Under the pieces are notes generated by a model. It worked only from the letters and a program-made list of their open reading frames with translations. It was not told the origin of the DNA and searched no databases. Shown here in pieces: positions 1 to 12,313 of a stretch of 64,000 bases of DNA. This stretch comes from Prorocentrum cordatum (taxonomy: Eukaryota): positions 1 to 64,000 of the forward strand of contig CAUYUJ010000053.1 in NCBI GenBank assembly GCA_963575745.1, in the 5' to 3' direction. Both the position numbers and the translations under genes were made by a program. Every line of letters begins with the position of its first letter. Position 1 is the stretch's first letter.

Positions 1-232
1 CTCCTCCTCCTCCTCCTCCTCCTCCTCCTCCTCCTCTTTGTCCTCCTACCCCTCCAACCTTCCCTCCCCCCTCCCTCCTTCCCTCCCCTCCCCTCCCCTT
101 CCTCGGCCCTCGCTCCTCGAGGCCCGCTCCTCCTCGACCACCTCCCCCCCCCGCCCCCGAGAGAGCGGCGGCTGCGCGCCGACCCGCGGCGCGCGCGCCC
201 CCGGAGCCCCGCGCGCGCCAGGGGCCTCCGAG

Positions 233-364
233 CCCCTGACCTTCCAGCAGGGCTAAGAAATAGCACCAGGACGGCAACGTCCTGATTCCTGTAGAGGTCT
301 GAGACGGTCCAGATAGATCTATAGGTCTGGAGTGCTATTTTTTAGCACTCTGGAAGGTCCGGGG
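233..364. mobile_element. MITE-like family A (about 130 bp, TIR CCCTGACCTTCCAG); second copy inverted at 9291-9423
   Basis: Terminal inverted repeats and a shared internal sequence between the two copies. Confidence 0.7.
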
Positions 365-457
365 CGCCCCTGCCCCCCCCCCCGCAGCGCGCGGTGGGGG
401 GGGGGGGGCAGGGGCGAAGGGGGGGGGGGGCGGAGCGGCGCGGCCTGGCCGGCAGAG

Positions 458-520
458 GTCTGCGACTTCGGCCTGGCGCGCGGGGACATGTGCGACGTGG
501 ACGGGGAGGAGGAGGGCCAG
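458..520 (+). CDS. MAP kinase (TEY type) exon: VCDFGLARGDMCDVDGEEEGQ (subdomain VII); upstream exons lie outside the window
   Basis: DFGLAR motif; AG|G acceptor at 456-457; GA donor after CAG at 520 (alternative in-frame GA donor after 529); phase 0 join to 4954. Confidence 0.85.
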
Positions 521-733
521 GAGCCTCAGGAGGGGAAGAGAGAGTGGCATGAGCATAAAGACTCGGAGGTCCGCGCGGATTTCTCGGATCGGCGCTGGGG
601 CCCCCCGGCGGCGCCTCCGGCGCCGCCCCTGTCGCGCTCCGCGCGCCAGGGAGGGGGGTCCAGCGCCGATCTGAGAAATCCGCGCGGACCTCCGAGTTTT
701 TATGTTTATGCCACCTTTTGTTCCCCTACTCAA

Positions 734-960
734 GCAGCGGCGAAGCGTCCTGGCTCGCCTGGAGCCCTACCAAGCCGTGTTCTACCTTCTGTGGTTTCCA
801 CGAGCTGCTCTCAGAGCACTTCTGGCGGGGCCTGTCTTGTTTTACCGCATCGGGCTTAAGTTCTAAGAGCATTGTTTTTGTGATTCGAGCATTTTTGGGT
901 TCTGAGATTATTTCGTGGTAGGAGTATAGAAAATGCCGGGACGGTCGGTCCCTGCTCATG
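734..960 (+). repeat. Dispersed about 230-bp repeat; second copy about 43558-43786
   Basis: Colinear similarity from GGCGAAGCGTCCTGGC to GGGACGGTCGGTCCCTGC. Confidence 0.7.
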
Positions 961-1849
961 GAGCAGGGCTCGCTTCCAGCCCCCCGATCCGACCCCGACC
1001 TCGGCCTCGACCTCGATGGCCTCCGATTCCGGAGCGGTTCGGCTCGCGATTCCGCTGTGGCCTTCGGCTTTCCGCGGGAGGCAGACTTTTTCGCAACGAT
1101 CCGATGCTTCCCGCGTCGGCTTCCGTTTTTTGCTGGCTTGATTCATGTCGACCGCCTATCCGACTTATCGGCTCGATTCGGGGCTCTCCCGCAGGGGTCC
1201 CGGCGGCCAGGTCTCCTTGCGGGGGCGCCCACGAGAGGGGCGGGCAGGAGTCGGGGGGGTCGATGTGATGGCCAGGACCAGCAGGTCTCCCGTATGTCTC
1301 GTGGCCCCCTCCTCTTCTTCTTTCCGCCCGACCCTCGGCCCACCCCCCCTCGCCTGGGCGCGCCCCTCGGGCCCAGCTTTGCGACCCCCCCCTCTCTTGG
1401 ACGCCCCTCCCTCTTGGACGCGCCCGGCCCCTGCGTCCTCCCCCCCCTCCTTTACGTCGGGCCTGTCCCCCTACTGGGGGATCTTCGACGAAAAATAGAA
1501 ACAATACCGCAAAAAATCCCCCGGGCCGCGCGCCTCAGTTCCGCGGTGCTTGCTCGACTTGCTCCAGTTCGTCCCTGCGCGCGAGGCGAAGCCGCGGTCG
1601 CCAAACATCGCCATGCCAATGTGCATATTAAAAGACGTTCCCCAAACAGTGGCTGCACTTCGGGATTCTATTTCTGTTCTGGGGAGCCTGTCCGTGTCTG
1701 TGGACTGGCGGTTACGTGGCCGCCGTCGCCGCCTCGTCGCCGCCTCGTCGCCGCCTCGTCGCCGCCCGTCGTCTGGGCCGTATCTTCGGTCTTGCGGCTA
1801 TGTGGCCGCCGTCGCCGCCCCGTCGCCGCCTCGTTCTCAACCTAGGCCC

Positions 1850-2385
1850 TAGATTGCGCAACGTAGACTGCACCGCGTAGGTCGCACCACAAAGAGTGCA
1901 CAACATATATTGCACCACCTAGGGTGCACTTCGTAGCTTGCAAACCATGGTCAACCCCGCGTAACTTGCACCGCGCGGATTGGACAACACAGATTGCACC
2001 ACATAGAGCGCACAATACATATTGCACTACATCGATTGCACTACATATTTTGCACCGCGTAGGGTGCACAGCATAGGCTGCACCACATATATTGCACCAC
2101 CTAGGCTCGACCACATCAGTTGCACAACATATATTGAACCGCATAGACTGAGGCACATGGATTGCGCAATATATGTTGCGCCACATCAGAGGCGCAACAT
2201 ACAATTTGCTATATACATTGCACCACGTAGATTGCAGCACATCGAGTGCACGACATACTGCACCGCATCGGTTGCACCACGTATATTACACACTTTGTAG
2301 CTTGCGCAACATGTATTGAGACGCGTAGATTGCACCACACGAGTTGCACCACATGAGTTGCAGCACGTAGAGTGCGCAACATATA
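1850..2385. repeat. Degenerate minisatellite (about 21-bp GATTGCACCACATA-type unit); related tract about 3670-3825
   Basis: Recurrent TTGCACCAC motif. Confidence 0.75.
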
Positions 2386-2619
2386 TTCTTTCTTCTGAAG
2401 AGAGATCGGTTCTACCACCCTCCCCCCCCGGGTTTAAAGACCCTCGGGAACCGATGCAAAACACGTCGGATTCTGACCCTATGTCCATCTGACCGGTGAA
2501 TTCATACTATCCCAGCCAGGCTGGTATCGCCCCACCGCCATTTTCTGCAACAAATCATATGCGCGCACACTTGCTTATCAAAAAGCGCAAAGTTTTCAAT
2601 CGCCCATTGCAAAAAAACA

Positions 2620-2995
2620 GGGACGAAGTGCAGCGCGCATGCCGAAATCCTTCAAACATTTCCGGTTTCGAAAGGATTTCAAATTCGAGTGTCCAACTAA
2701 CCATATAACACACAGGGTTTCGCAACACGGACTTTCAACAAATGTACATATGCGCGCGCGCTCTTGCGAATTCTTAAGAAAGCCATTGTCTTTTACAGAT
2801 TTCAGAAAATGCTGCCAAACGGGCTTCACGCGCGCGCACGTCGAAATAGTTCGAACGCCCTTGCGCGCGTGCAGCTGCGAGGATCGTATGCAAACAAGAA
2901 AGGGCGAAGCGCACGCAAACGCGTCGTCGCGCGCGCATGCCGAAATCCTTCAGACACTCTCCGTTTCAGAAGGATTTTAAAATCGAGTGTCCATT

Positions 2996-3038
<43 letters not shown>

Positions 3039-3192
3039 CGCACGGTTTCGCAACACAGGGTTTCAACAAAAGCGTGCGCGCGCTGTTGCAAATTCTTAAG
3101 AAAACCACAATTTTCAACATGTCCATAACACGTTTTTTAAACGGGCTTCGCGCGCGCATGTCGAAATCGTTCGAACGCCCTTGCGCGCGTGC
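2620..3192. repeat. Diverged tandem duplication, period about 300 bp
   Basis: GCCGAAATCCTTCA...TCGAGTGTCCA and GTTCGAACGCCCTTGCGCGCGTGC each occur twice about 300 bp apart. Confidence 0.7.
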
Positions 3193-3893
3193 TGGGGTGA
3201 TACGGTCCGTTTCAAATAATACCATGCGAGCCACTCTCACGCGTCTGCCGCGCGCGTATGTCGAATTCCTTGCAGAGCCTTCATCGCCGACGCGAAGACG
3301 CCGTCACCGTCGCCGGCGTGATCGGTATCAGCGCCGTCACTGGCCGTGCCGTCGTCGCTGTCAGCATCGTCACCAATGGCGCTATTACCATCATCCTCGT
3401 GTCTACGATTGTCGACGTTGCCATGATACCGCACCCGCCCAAGTCGCCGACTCGCACTCACGTGCCCGCCTGGATGTGCTGAGCGGTCAGCACCACAGCG
3501 GCCGCGGCGGTCGCGCCAAACTACCTGGCCGTTGCGCGCGCATGCGCGGGCTGGCGCGGCCGCAGAGATCCACCAGCCAGCGCCAAGCACTCATCGCAAT
3601 CGCCGCCGCATGAGGTTTGCAAACCAACTTGCGGGTGGGTGGGTGGGATGTTTGCACGAGCAATGGAGTGGACAACTCACTGCGAACAGAATTAGTTGCA
3701 TCACAGAGATTGCACTCACTGCGAACAGAATTAGTTGCATCACAGAGATTGCACCACATAGGCCGCACCACTTATATGGCTCAACCTCGATGATTGCGCC
3801 ACATAGGTTGCACAGCATCGATTGCTAAAAACGCAATGTTTGGGGTCCGCGTCGGCGAGCATGTACATACTCACGCATATATGTATGTATGTA

Positions 3894-3948
<55 letters not shown>

Positions 3949-4953
3949 GTGTGTATGTATGTATGTATGTATATATATATATATAGATATCGATGTGTGT
4001 GTGCTTGCAGGAGAGTGCGTGTGCGCGCTCTCGTGATTCTGTGCAAAGTTCCGGGAATGTATGTAGACAGGCGGGAATGGATCATGCTCGGAGGGGGACA
4101 GTGAACACATGTGGAGTGGTTGGGAGGCGGAGGAGCATACCAGAATCGTTATTCGATATTGTTCTGAAGAAAACCTTTTGGGGAAGGCGCGTGCTGACTG
4201 ACATTCGAGGCACTTGTAAAGCAGGTGTCTTGGGAGATATATGAGCCTGAACGTCCGTACCAATGATCAGTACCAGGCTATGTCTGAGCATAAATGGAGT
4301 GCCACTGGCTAGCTTCGGACAGACCAGTGGTCCTGAATGTGTGTCCACCCTGTAGTTGTTTCTTGTCTGTAGCTCAGTCTACGTGAGAGAGTAGCGTTCC
4401 GCTGGAAGGTCTGAGCTCGTACGTGACTCGATTGGGAGCAAGCGGCGAGTGATGCTCACGAAGCCAGTTACGCTTTCTAGCTATAGCAACGCTGCCTTAA
4501 TATTGTATATGCTCGCCAGGCGCAGTACTCCTCGGTATCACATGCCACTCATTGGGCGATGTCAGGTTCGCTGCGAGCATGCAGTCGCCTCTCTTCAAGA
4601 CGAAGTTGGGAGGCCGTGTGGCCCAGGCTTGACCATTTGGGCAACAATGACTTGTGCTCGAAGATCTCCTATCTTAGTGAGGACTGCCCATGCACAGCGT
4701 GTGCGGTAGGTTCGCGTCGTGTCGACTGGCGGCGACCCCCCGCCGGCGTTCAACGTTGAACGCCGCCGGCGATCCAGAGTCGGTCGATGTTGAACGATCT
4801 GACGTTTCGGACACGGCCGATCGTTCAAGGTTGGACGAGCCCCGCGGTGCCAGAAACCAACGCCGAAGTCGGCGCCACACGAACCTGCTGCAAAGAGGGC
4901 TGTCGCGTCTGCAGAGTGTCGTGGGCCTGATTTCAATCACTTGCTGGCTGCAG

Positions 4954-4991
4954 GAGTGCGGCGTGCTCACCGAGTACGTGGTCACGCGCTG
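4954..4991 (+). CDS. MAP kinase exon: ECGVLTEYVVTR(W), activation loop TEY
   Basis: TEYVVTRW MAPK signature; CAG|G acceptor, TG|GT donor; phase 2 join to 6069 rebuilds TGG. Confidence 0.92.
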
Positions 4992-6068
4992 GTGCCGAAG
5001 CTCAGAGGGGGGATCCTGGCGAATGACCCAGCACTATATTGCTGCGGCTGAGGAAAGTAGTGCTCCGCGAGAGGTTCGGAGCTCGGGCAGCGCGGTTCGG
5101 GGGCACGAGACCGTCGGACGGGCTCCCCTCGGGGCCACGCAGCGTGTGAGGGACGTGCCAAAATCAACGGGGGGACGCCATGCGGTCCCTGCCACTGGGG
5201 CCTCCTTGGGAGTTCCCTCTTGGGCCAAGACACGTGTGATTGGTGTGCCGAACTGTGAATGATGATTGTTATGATGAGGATGATCACGAGGGAGATGAGA
5301 AGGAGCAGGAGGGTGATGAGGAGGAATGAGAAGCGCGGCGCGGCGGAGTCAAACCGAGACTCAACACAGGAGGATTGGGAAACAGATTGGAGGATAGTGT
5401 GCAAAGCGGTGCTATGAATGATTTGAACGGATGTGATGCCACGTTGACGAATTGTCGGGATTCCGCGATCATTTGCGCATGGCATCTGGCAATTAATGCA
5501 CATGCGATGACGACAATGGAATAGCCCGCGCGGTTTGAGCTCGTCGTCTTTATCACGGTTGTGGTGCAGCAGTATTGTCAAGATGTCAAGATGCCATGCG
5601 ATATTATGCAGACAGGAAGTGTCGAGGAGTCGTTTTTACCCGACACGGTCGTGAGGCTCAGTCCAAGCACAGACAGGGGTGCCCATGCAGGCGGACACGA
5701 ATATACATGCTTAACATGTTTAGGCAGAGAGGCATCTCCGGATGGGCACAGAAACTCGGCGGCGAGCAGGGGGGGGGAAGTGAGAAGGAGGAGGCCTGGT
5801 CAGAAGGCGGCGGGGCTTCTCAGAAGCACTCGCGCCTTCCGAGAAGTTTTCCGTGTCTCCGGGGCAGCTTCTTGTGCCGGCCCAAAGGCCTTCTGAGCCT
5901 TCTGAGAAGGCCCGCCCTTTCTGACTCCCCCCCCCGGGCTCGCCGCCGAGAGAGGGACAGGGCATGCGAGGCTGGAGGCACGACGAGGTTTGGATGCTGA
6001 CGGGAGGTTTGATGCGTGAGTCCACTGTGACCGCCACCTCACAGATCGCCGCCCCCCGCCGCCCCGAG

Positions 6069-6104
6069 GTACCGCGCGCCTGAGGTGATGCTTCTGCCCA
6101 AGCA
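6069..6104 (+). CDS. MAP kinase exon: (W)YRAPEVMLLPK(Q), subdomain VIII
   Basis: YRAPE motif; AG|G acceptor, CA|GT donor; in-frame with both neighbouring exons. Confidence 0.92.
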
Positions 6105-6463
6105 GTGCCCCAGCAGCGCTGACGTCGCCAGATATAGAGAAGGCCCAGCCAGCATGGTCGCCAGGCTTGATGTGAGCGAGGAGTTGGGTGGGGCAGCGCG
6201 GGTCGGAGCTGCGATTGGGGCAGGGAGAGCCGAGGCAGCGGAAGTGAAAAGAGAGAGAGAGAGAGACAGAAACATATAGTAAGCGATCTATTTATATATG
6301 CACACATACATGCATATTTTTCGTGTCTATAGCGAGTACACGTAATGCAAACATGTATGCATGGCCACAACTATATATACACATATTGTAGGTATTTTGG
6401 ATACACACACATATATATATACATATAGATATGTTCCTGATTGTGTGTAGATACCCACGTGCG

Positions 6464-6511
<48 letters not shown>

Positions 6512-7825
6512 TATGTATAATGGCGTTCGGCCCGCTTGGGGAGGAAGACTCAAATTTTCGATTCGCGTTCCCCCTCTTTGGCCCTTTTTGGGGCTGTCTT
6601 TGAGCCCTCTTGGGCCATCGTGGGCGCCTCTGGGGCGTCTTGGAACCCTTTGGGGTATGTTGGGGCCCTCCTGGGCGCCTCTTGGGCCATCTTGGGGCGG
6701 TTTTGGGGGCCTCTTGGGCCGTCTTCGAGCGTCGGAAGCCAATGATTTTGCCCCCTCGGGGCCCTCTCGGCAAGGCTCTTGGAGCTCCCTCCAAGCGGCT
6801 CGAAGGCTTCTTGTGTCTTCTTGGGGCCATCTGGGGCGTCTTGGCCGATCGTGCGGCGATTCGGGACCCTCTTGGGCCGTCTGGGCTGCCCTTTTGGCCC
6901 GCCCGGGGGCCCTCTTACACCCGAACGCGTCATGCGAGAAGTCGCCACGCGCGCCAGAGGGCACGCGACAAGCCCTGGCAGATGTGGCAATGGGGGGTCC
7001 TCAGGACCGAGGCCTGAGTATTAAGAGGTTCGGCGAGGGGCGGGGCGGGGGCGGCGGCGAGGGCGGCCGCCGGAACCGCGAGGAACGCTCTGTCCTCTTT
7101 GGCTGAATGGATGCTGTTGCTACTCGGCAGAAGGAGGTGCGGGGTTTAAGGGAGGGCGCCTCCGGTTCGCAACCACCCCCTGGGACCCACCCGCCCCCAG
7201 CTGACGAGCTTCCGGCTGACCCCCCCGGGCGGAAACCGGCGAAGCGGGAACCGTGGGTCCCCGGCGTCGATCCCCAGCTTCTCGTCCCCGTGGCCGCCGT
7301 GGTCGCGCTCGGGATTTTTACGACGGCTGGAGTTGGTTGGCCCCCATGGTTCGGCAGTTTCAGGCCAAGGGCCAGGCCCCTACAGTCGGGGCCCTGAAGA
7401 AGGAACCCTTTTTCGTTGGGGAGGGGCTCCGTGTTCCTTGATTGTTTCACAGCTTGCTTTAGGTTTTGCTTAGGTATTCGATGGGAAATCGAACGTTAAC
7501 TGATGGGAAAAAGGGGCCTCGTTCCTTCTTTAGCGTCCCCCACTGTACTGACGCTGAGCTCCGCGAAATGGTCAGAGCTTTGTCTGACAAGCTTGGCGTC
7601 CAGCCCTCCTTTGCCCCTGCCCCCGCCGGCCATGGCGGACAAGGGGGCCGGGGCGGCTCGGGGGGGCCTCCCCTGCTTCCAGCCTCGTGAAGCCGGCGGA
7701 GGGTCCCCTGCGGAAGGCGGTGGAGGTTCGGGCGGGGTGGCCGACGCTGCTGCTCTGTCCTGGGCTGGGCTCGTCGCTCGCGGCGGCAGCCGGGGTCCCT
7801 CCCGAGCGACGGGGGAAGTCCAGTT

Positions 7826-8512
7826 GTGGGCTCCACCCTGGGGGGCGCGGTCATCACGACTGTCGCTTCGGCCCTGGGCTGCGCGGCTTCTGGCCCAATG
7901 GTTTTGCTTGCCACGGCGCCTGAAGAAGTCGAGAAAGATAGGCTTTGGGCGAGGGCCGCAAGTAAAGCGGCTACTGTCGTCTACGTGCACAGCGGCGGAG
8001 AATCTGAAGTGATGCTCCAAGGTGAATGGGGCCCCCGTTCCGGACGGGCCACCATCGAGAAAGTTGGTGACAACGCCCCCACGGTGGAAGTGAGGAAGCC
8101 GGTGCGGGACGACACGGGGTCGGTGGAAGTCAAGGTTCTCCAGGCTCTCCGCCTAACTGCGGTTAAGGAGTACGCCTCCCCTGAGCTCTGGGCGTCGTGC
8201 TCGTCCAAGCTGGAGCGGCTCGTGAATCTGGCTTTGCCCCAGGGGATCCGTGCCAGCTCAGTCCGCACTCACGCTTGCACTGTGTACCCCACCGAAGTTA
8301 CTTGCCTCATCACAGTGCGGCAGGAAAGTATCTTGTCGTGTCTCTCGGCTGAGCTGCCCAGGGGGGTCTGTCTGAACACCCACACCCGAGGGCGAGAAAG
8401 TAGAGCGGGGGATCACACCCCTCGTTGGGTCATCCGGCCCCGGGAGCAGGAATCGAGGGCCCACTGGGACTCGGTGGGGCGTCCCAGTTGTTGTGTGGCG
8501 TGGGCCCCTTGA
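7826..8512 (+). pseudogene. Possible retroelement ORF1-like fragment in MAPK intron
   Basis: Normal-complexity 228-aa open frame in an intron (LRLTAVKEYASPELW...PRWV); no diagnostic motif, so the assignment is inference. Confidence 0.3.
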
Positions 8513-8562
8513 GGATCTCGGCCCCGTCCCCTGGGCCGGCTCCTCCCGAGTGGTTCCTTGAC

Positions 8563-8751
8563 TAGGGGAACAAAAAGTGGCATCAACATAAAAACTCGGA
8601 GGTCCGCGCGGATTTCTCGGATCGGCGCTGGTGCCCCCCGGCGGCGCCTCCCTGGCGCGCTCCGCGCGCCAGGGAAGGGGGTCCAGCGCCGATCCGAGAA
8701 ATCCGCGCGGACCCCCGAGTTTTTATGTTTGTGTAACTTTTTGTTCCCCTA
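8563..8751. mobile_element. MITE-like family B (about 190-200 bp fold-back, about 65-70 bp TIR); other copies 531-728, 11908-12108, about 39130-39328
   Basis: TAGGGGAACA...CTCGGAGGTCCGCGCGGATTTCTCGGATCGGCG and its reverse complement; TA at the ends. Confidence 0.8.
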
Positions 8752-10667
8752 TTGATGGCCGCGGGGCCCCAGGGCTGGGAGAAACGGCTCCATGTCGACG
8801 GCGTTCCAGAGGCAGCCGTTTTACGATGCTTCCTGCTGCGATGGGGGTCTTGAGGCGCCCGCTTCCATCCTCCTAACTCCTGGCCCCCTGAGGTCCGCGG
8901 CATCACGAACACAAGTGCAGCATGGAGGGAAAGCACTGCCATAGCCCTCGGCCCACCCTTCTGTATCGGGAGGGAGGGAAACACAGACACAACCGATCGT
9001 CGACTCCCAGGGAGATCTGGGGAGATATGGGAAGTGGGGAGGAAGACAAGAGCCAAGAGAATAGGGGAAACTGTGGGGGACCCTGTGATTTGTGTCTGTC
9101 TATTTGTGTGGTGTCCCTGCAGGGCCCCCGCACTGCCGTGTGTGTCCCTCGACCCGCGAGCACGCCCGCGAGGGTCCGCGGCCGGCCGCGCGACGCGACT
9201 GGCCCGGTGCTCGGGGAGATCCCTCCCGGTCTCCCAGTGATGCCCAGCTTGCCCTCTGCGTTTCGGGGGCGGCAAAGAGGGGGGGGAGGACCCTGACCTT
9301 CCAGAGTGCTAGAACGTAGCACTCCTCCAGACCTACAGATCTATCTGGACTGCCTCAAGCCTCGACAGGAATTGGGACGTCGACGTCCTGGTGCTATTTT
9401 CCAGCCCTCCTGGAAGGTCAGGGGACCAGGGGGGGTGGATATCATGGCGGGGACCACGATACTTCCCCAGATTTCATGGCGCCTCTTCTCATTTCGTTGC
9501 GTCCCTGGCCCCCCCGCTGGGCCGCGCACATGCCGCCGGTCATGGTTTGCACCCCCCCCTCTTGGACACCCCCCTCTTGGCCGATCCCGAGCGTTATTCG
9601 GGGGCTCCCAAACGGGGTGGTGACCACACCGTGCGGTGAGTCGGTGGGGGTTCGGTGTCGCCGCACGGTTTTGGGGCTCGAGGCCCTCTCCGAGGACGTC
9701 TCGGGCGACGGGGTCTCTGGGGTCGCAAGGCCGTGCGGTGACGGACCGTGCGGTGAGGTCTCTTGGGGCTCCGAGGTCACCGCACGGTCTGTCACCGCAC
9801 CGTTTCGGGACTCCAAAGTTTTCGCTGGCGCTGGGTCTCGAATTCGAAACTGTTTGAAACAGACTGTTTTTTTTTACCCTCGCGATCACGGGCGTGACGG
9901 GGGGGGAGTGGGGGTGCTGGCGCGTCGCGCCACGGTTCGTACCTGCGCCGTCGGGACTGCCTATAGGACTGGCTGGTTCCTGGACGGCGCCGGCGCGAAT
10001 CGTGACGTGACCATGAGGGGGGAGGGGAGGGTCAGGAGGGAAAATCACACACACACACACCGACACAATTAGTCGTCGATTCCCCACAAGGTATGGGAAA
10101 ATATTGGAAGTGAGGGGGAATACGAAAGTCCAATGAAAATGTGGAAATATTGGCAATTCCTGGGATTTGTGTGTATTTACTTGTGTGTCCCTGGGCACCT
10201 TCAGAGGGGGGGAGGCGTGGCCGGTCACGGACGTGATCGCGAACAACCAACAGTTAGCGGGCGAAGGACGGTACAACATACACTTCCCGTCACCGGGGGC
10301 GCCCGGGCGGCTGGAAGGTTTATGTCTTGCCGTGCCACCGTGAGGGTATAAACTTTCCAGCCGCCCTGGGACAGGCGCCCCCGACAGCGACAAAGTTTAT
10401 GTTATGCCGTTATACCGTTCTTCGCCCGTTAAAGAAACGGGCTCTTCTTGGCTGCGGTCCCCGGAAGTCTCGACCCATTCTCCAGGACTGGTTTTTCATC
10501 CCGAGTCGTGTTTTGACGGTCCCGGGACCCGGCGAGGGCCCCGAAGGGGCCGAATTTTGCGAAAAACCGGTGTTTTGATTTCTTCAATGCGTTGGATCTC
10601 TGGGGACGTGATCGCGAACAACCAAAAACGGGCTCTTCTTGGCTGCGCGTGCGCGCCCTCCGTGGAG

Positions 10668-10731
10668 GTACACAGTGTCCCTGGACCTGTGGGCGCTCGG
10701 CTGCATCCTCGGGGAGATGCTGGGGCGCAAG
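10668..10731 (+). CDS. MAP kinase exon: (Q)YTVSLDLWALGCILGEMLGRK, subdomain IX
   Basis: DxWxxGCI kinase motif; AG|G acceptor, AAG|GC donor. Confidence 0.92.
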
Positions 10732-12261
10732 GCTCCTCGGGCCGGAGGTCGAGGCTCGAACTGCAAGGTCAGGGTTAGGTCGGGCATGTCCCTCTGCAGG
10801 AGGAGTATGCAAAAATAGTCACAAATAGTCTGGGGACGATCTTTATGTGTATATATATATATACACATATATTTACAAGACTGCAGTACGCTTCGCGCCA
10901 TGCACCTTGGTCCTTGAAATTTGGCATGCAGGCGGAATGGCAGGAAAGTCAAGCCGACAATTTAGCGATAACTCCTGTTTGCCTTTTCCGGCATCGCCGC
11001 TATAAAGATGCTATTCGTTATCCTTCCTCCATGCTTATTGTTCTTTATTTTCGCCATACCCTGCGCATTCTCCCCATCCTCCTCAGCTCTTTTTTGCGGA
11101 GGCTCCTCCTTGGAGAGCCTCTAGGGGCCTCACAAAAGTTGTTTCGGGCTTTCTTAAGGCCTTCTGGAGGCCTCCTGGGCGTATTCTGGGGGCCTCCAGG
11201 GGCTTCCTGGGGCCACCCTGCCTCCAACCGCCGTCTCCCTGAACGACCGAATCACGATTTGGAATTCTTCGGAGGGTGTCTTTGGGCCATCTTGGGCCGC
11301 CATGGGGCTCTCTGAGCGCCATCTTGGACCCGTGTTGTGCTGTTTTGGGGTTCTCTTGGACTGCCTGCAAGCCCTTTCGGATGGTTGTGGGGCGATTTGG
11401 GAGCCTCCCAGGCGGCTTCGGACGCCCAGAAGACCGCCGTCTTGGAGCGTCGGGAAGCCGAAAAGAGGAGAACCTCCAAATACACCAAAACCTACAGAAA
11501 ATCAATGATTTTTGCCTCGGGGGGCCTTCTTGGGAGTGCTCTTGGAGGCCTCTTTGGGGCCGTCCTGGAGGCCTCTTGGGCCATCTTGAGCTCACGTCGG
11601 TCACTCTTGGAGCGCTCTTGTGCTGTCTTGGGGGTCTTTGGGACGTCTCCGATGACCCCCCTGATCGCCCTAAGTGTGCTGGGAAGGCTTGGCAAAACGC
11701 CTTGCGAGGCCCGGTGGCCGCTTCCAGGCCCGTTCGGAGGGCCCCAAAGCCCCAGGTCCCGGGAGTCCGGTTTTGGTGTGGGGGGGGGGGACGGGTTTTC
11801 CCCCCGCCCGGGCTTATAAAAATATAAGAAGAGGAATATGTTTGACCATTATATAGTTAATATTTCGTCGCAAATCCCTCTATAGGGGGACAGGCCCGAC
11901 CTAAGGTTAGGGGAACGAATAATGACATAAACATAGAAGCTCGGAGGTCCGCGCGGATTTCTCGCATCGGCGGCGAATAACCCCCCTGGCGGCGTCTCTG
12001 GCGCCGCCCCCGGCGCGCTCCGCGCGCCAGGGAGGGGTGTCCAGCGCCGATCCGAGAAATTCGCGCGGACCTCCGAGTTGTTATGTTTATGTCATTCTTC
12101 GTTCCCTAGAGGTGTTAGTGTGTTGTTCACAGCCATTATGTGGTGTTGGATCCTCGTTTCGAGGAGACGGCGCCCCGCGTCGCCTCACTCTTGCCTTTCT
12201 CCTCCTCTGCTCCCCTCCTTGCTTCTGCCATATCCCTCATGTACTTGCTGCCAGCATCATC

Positions 12262-12313
<52 letters not shown>

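Noticed and set aside
4030..4700. Possible decayed retroelement coding fragments (also about 18700-19000 and 20960-21320)
   Set aside because: Only vague motif resemblance; cannot be supported without a search.
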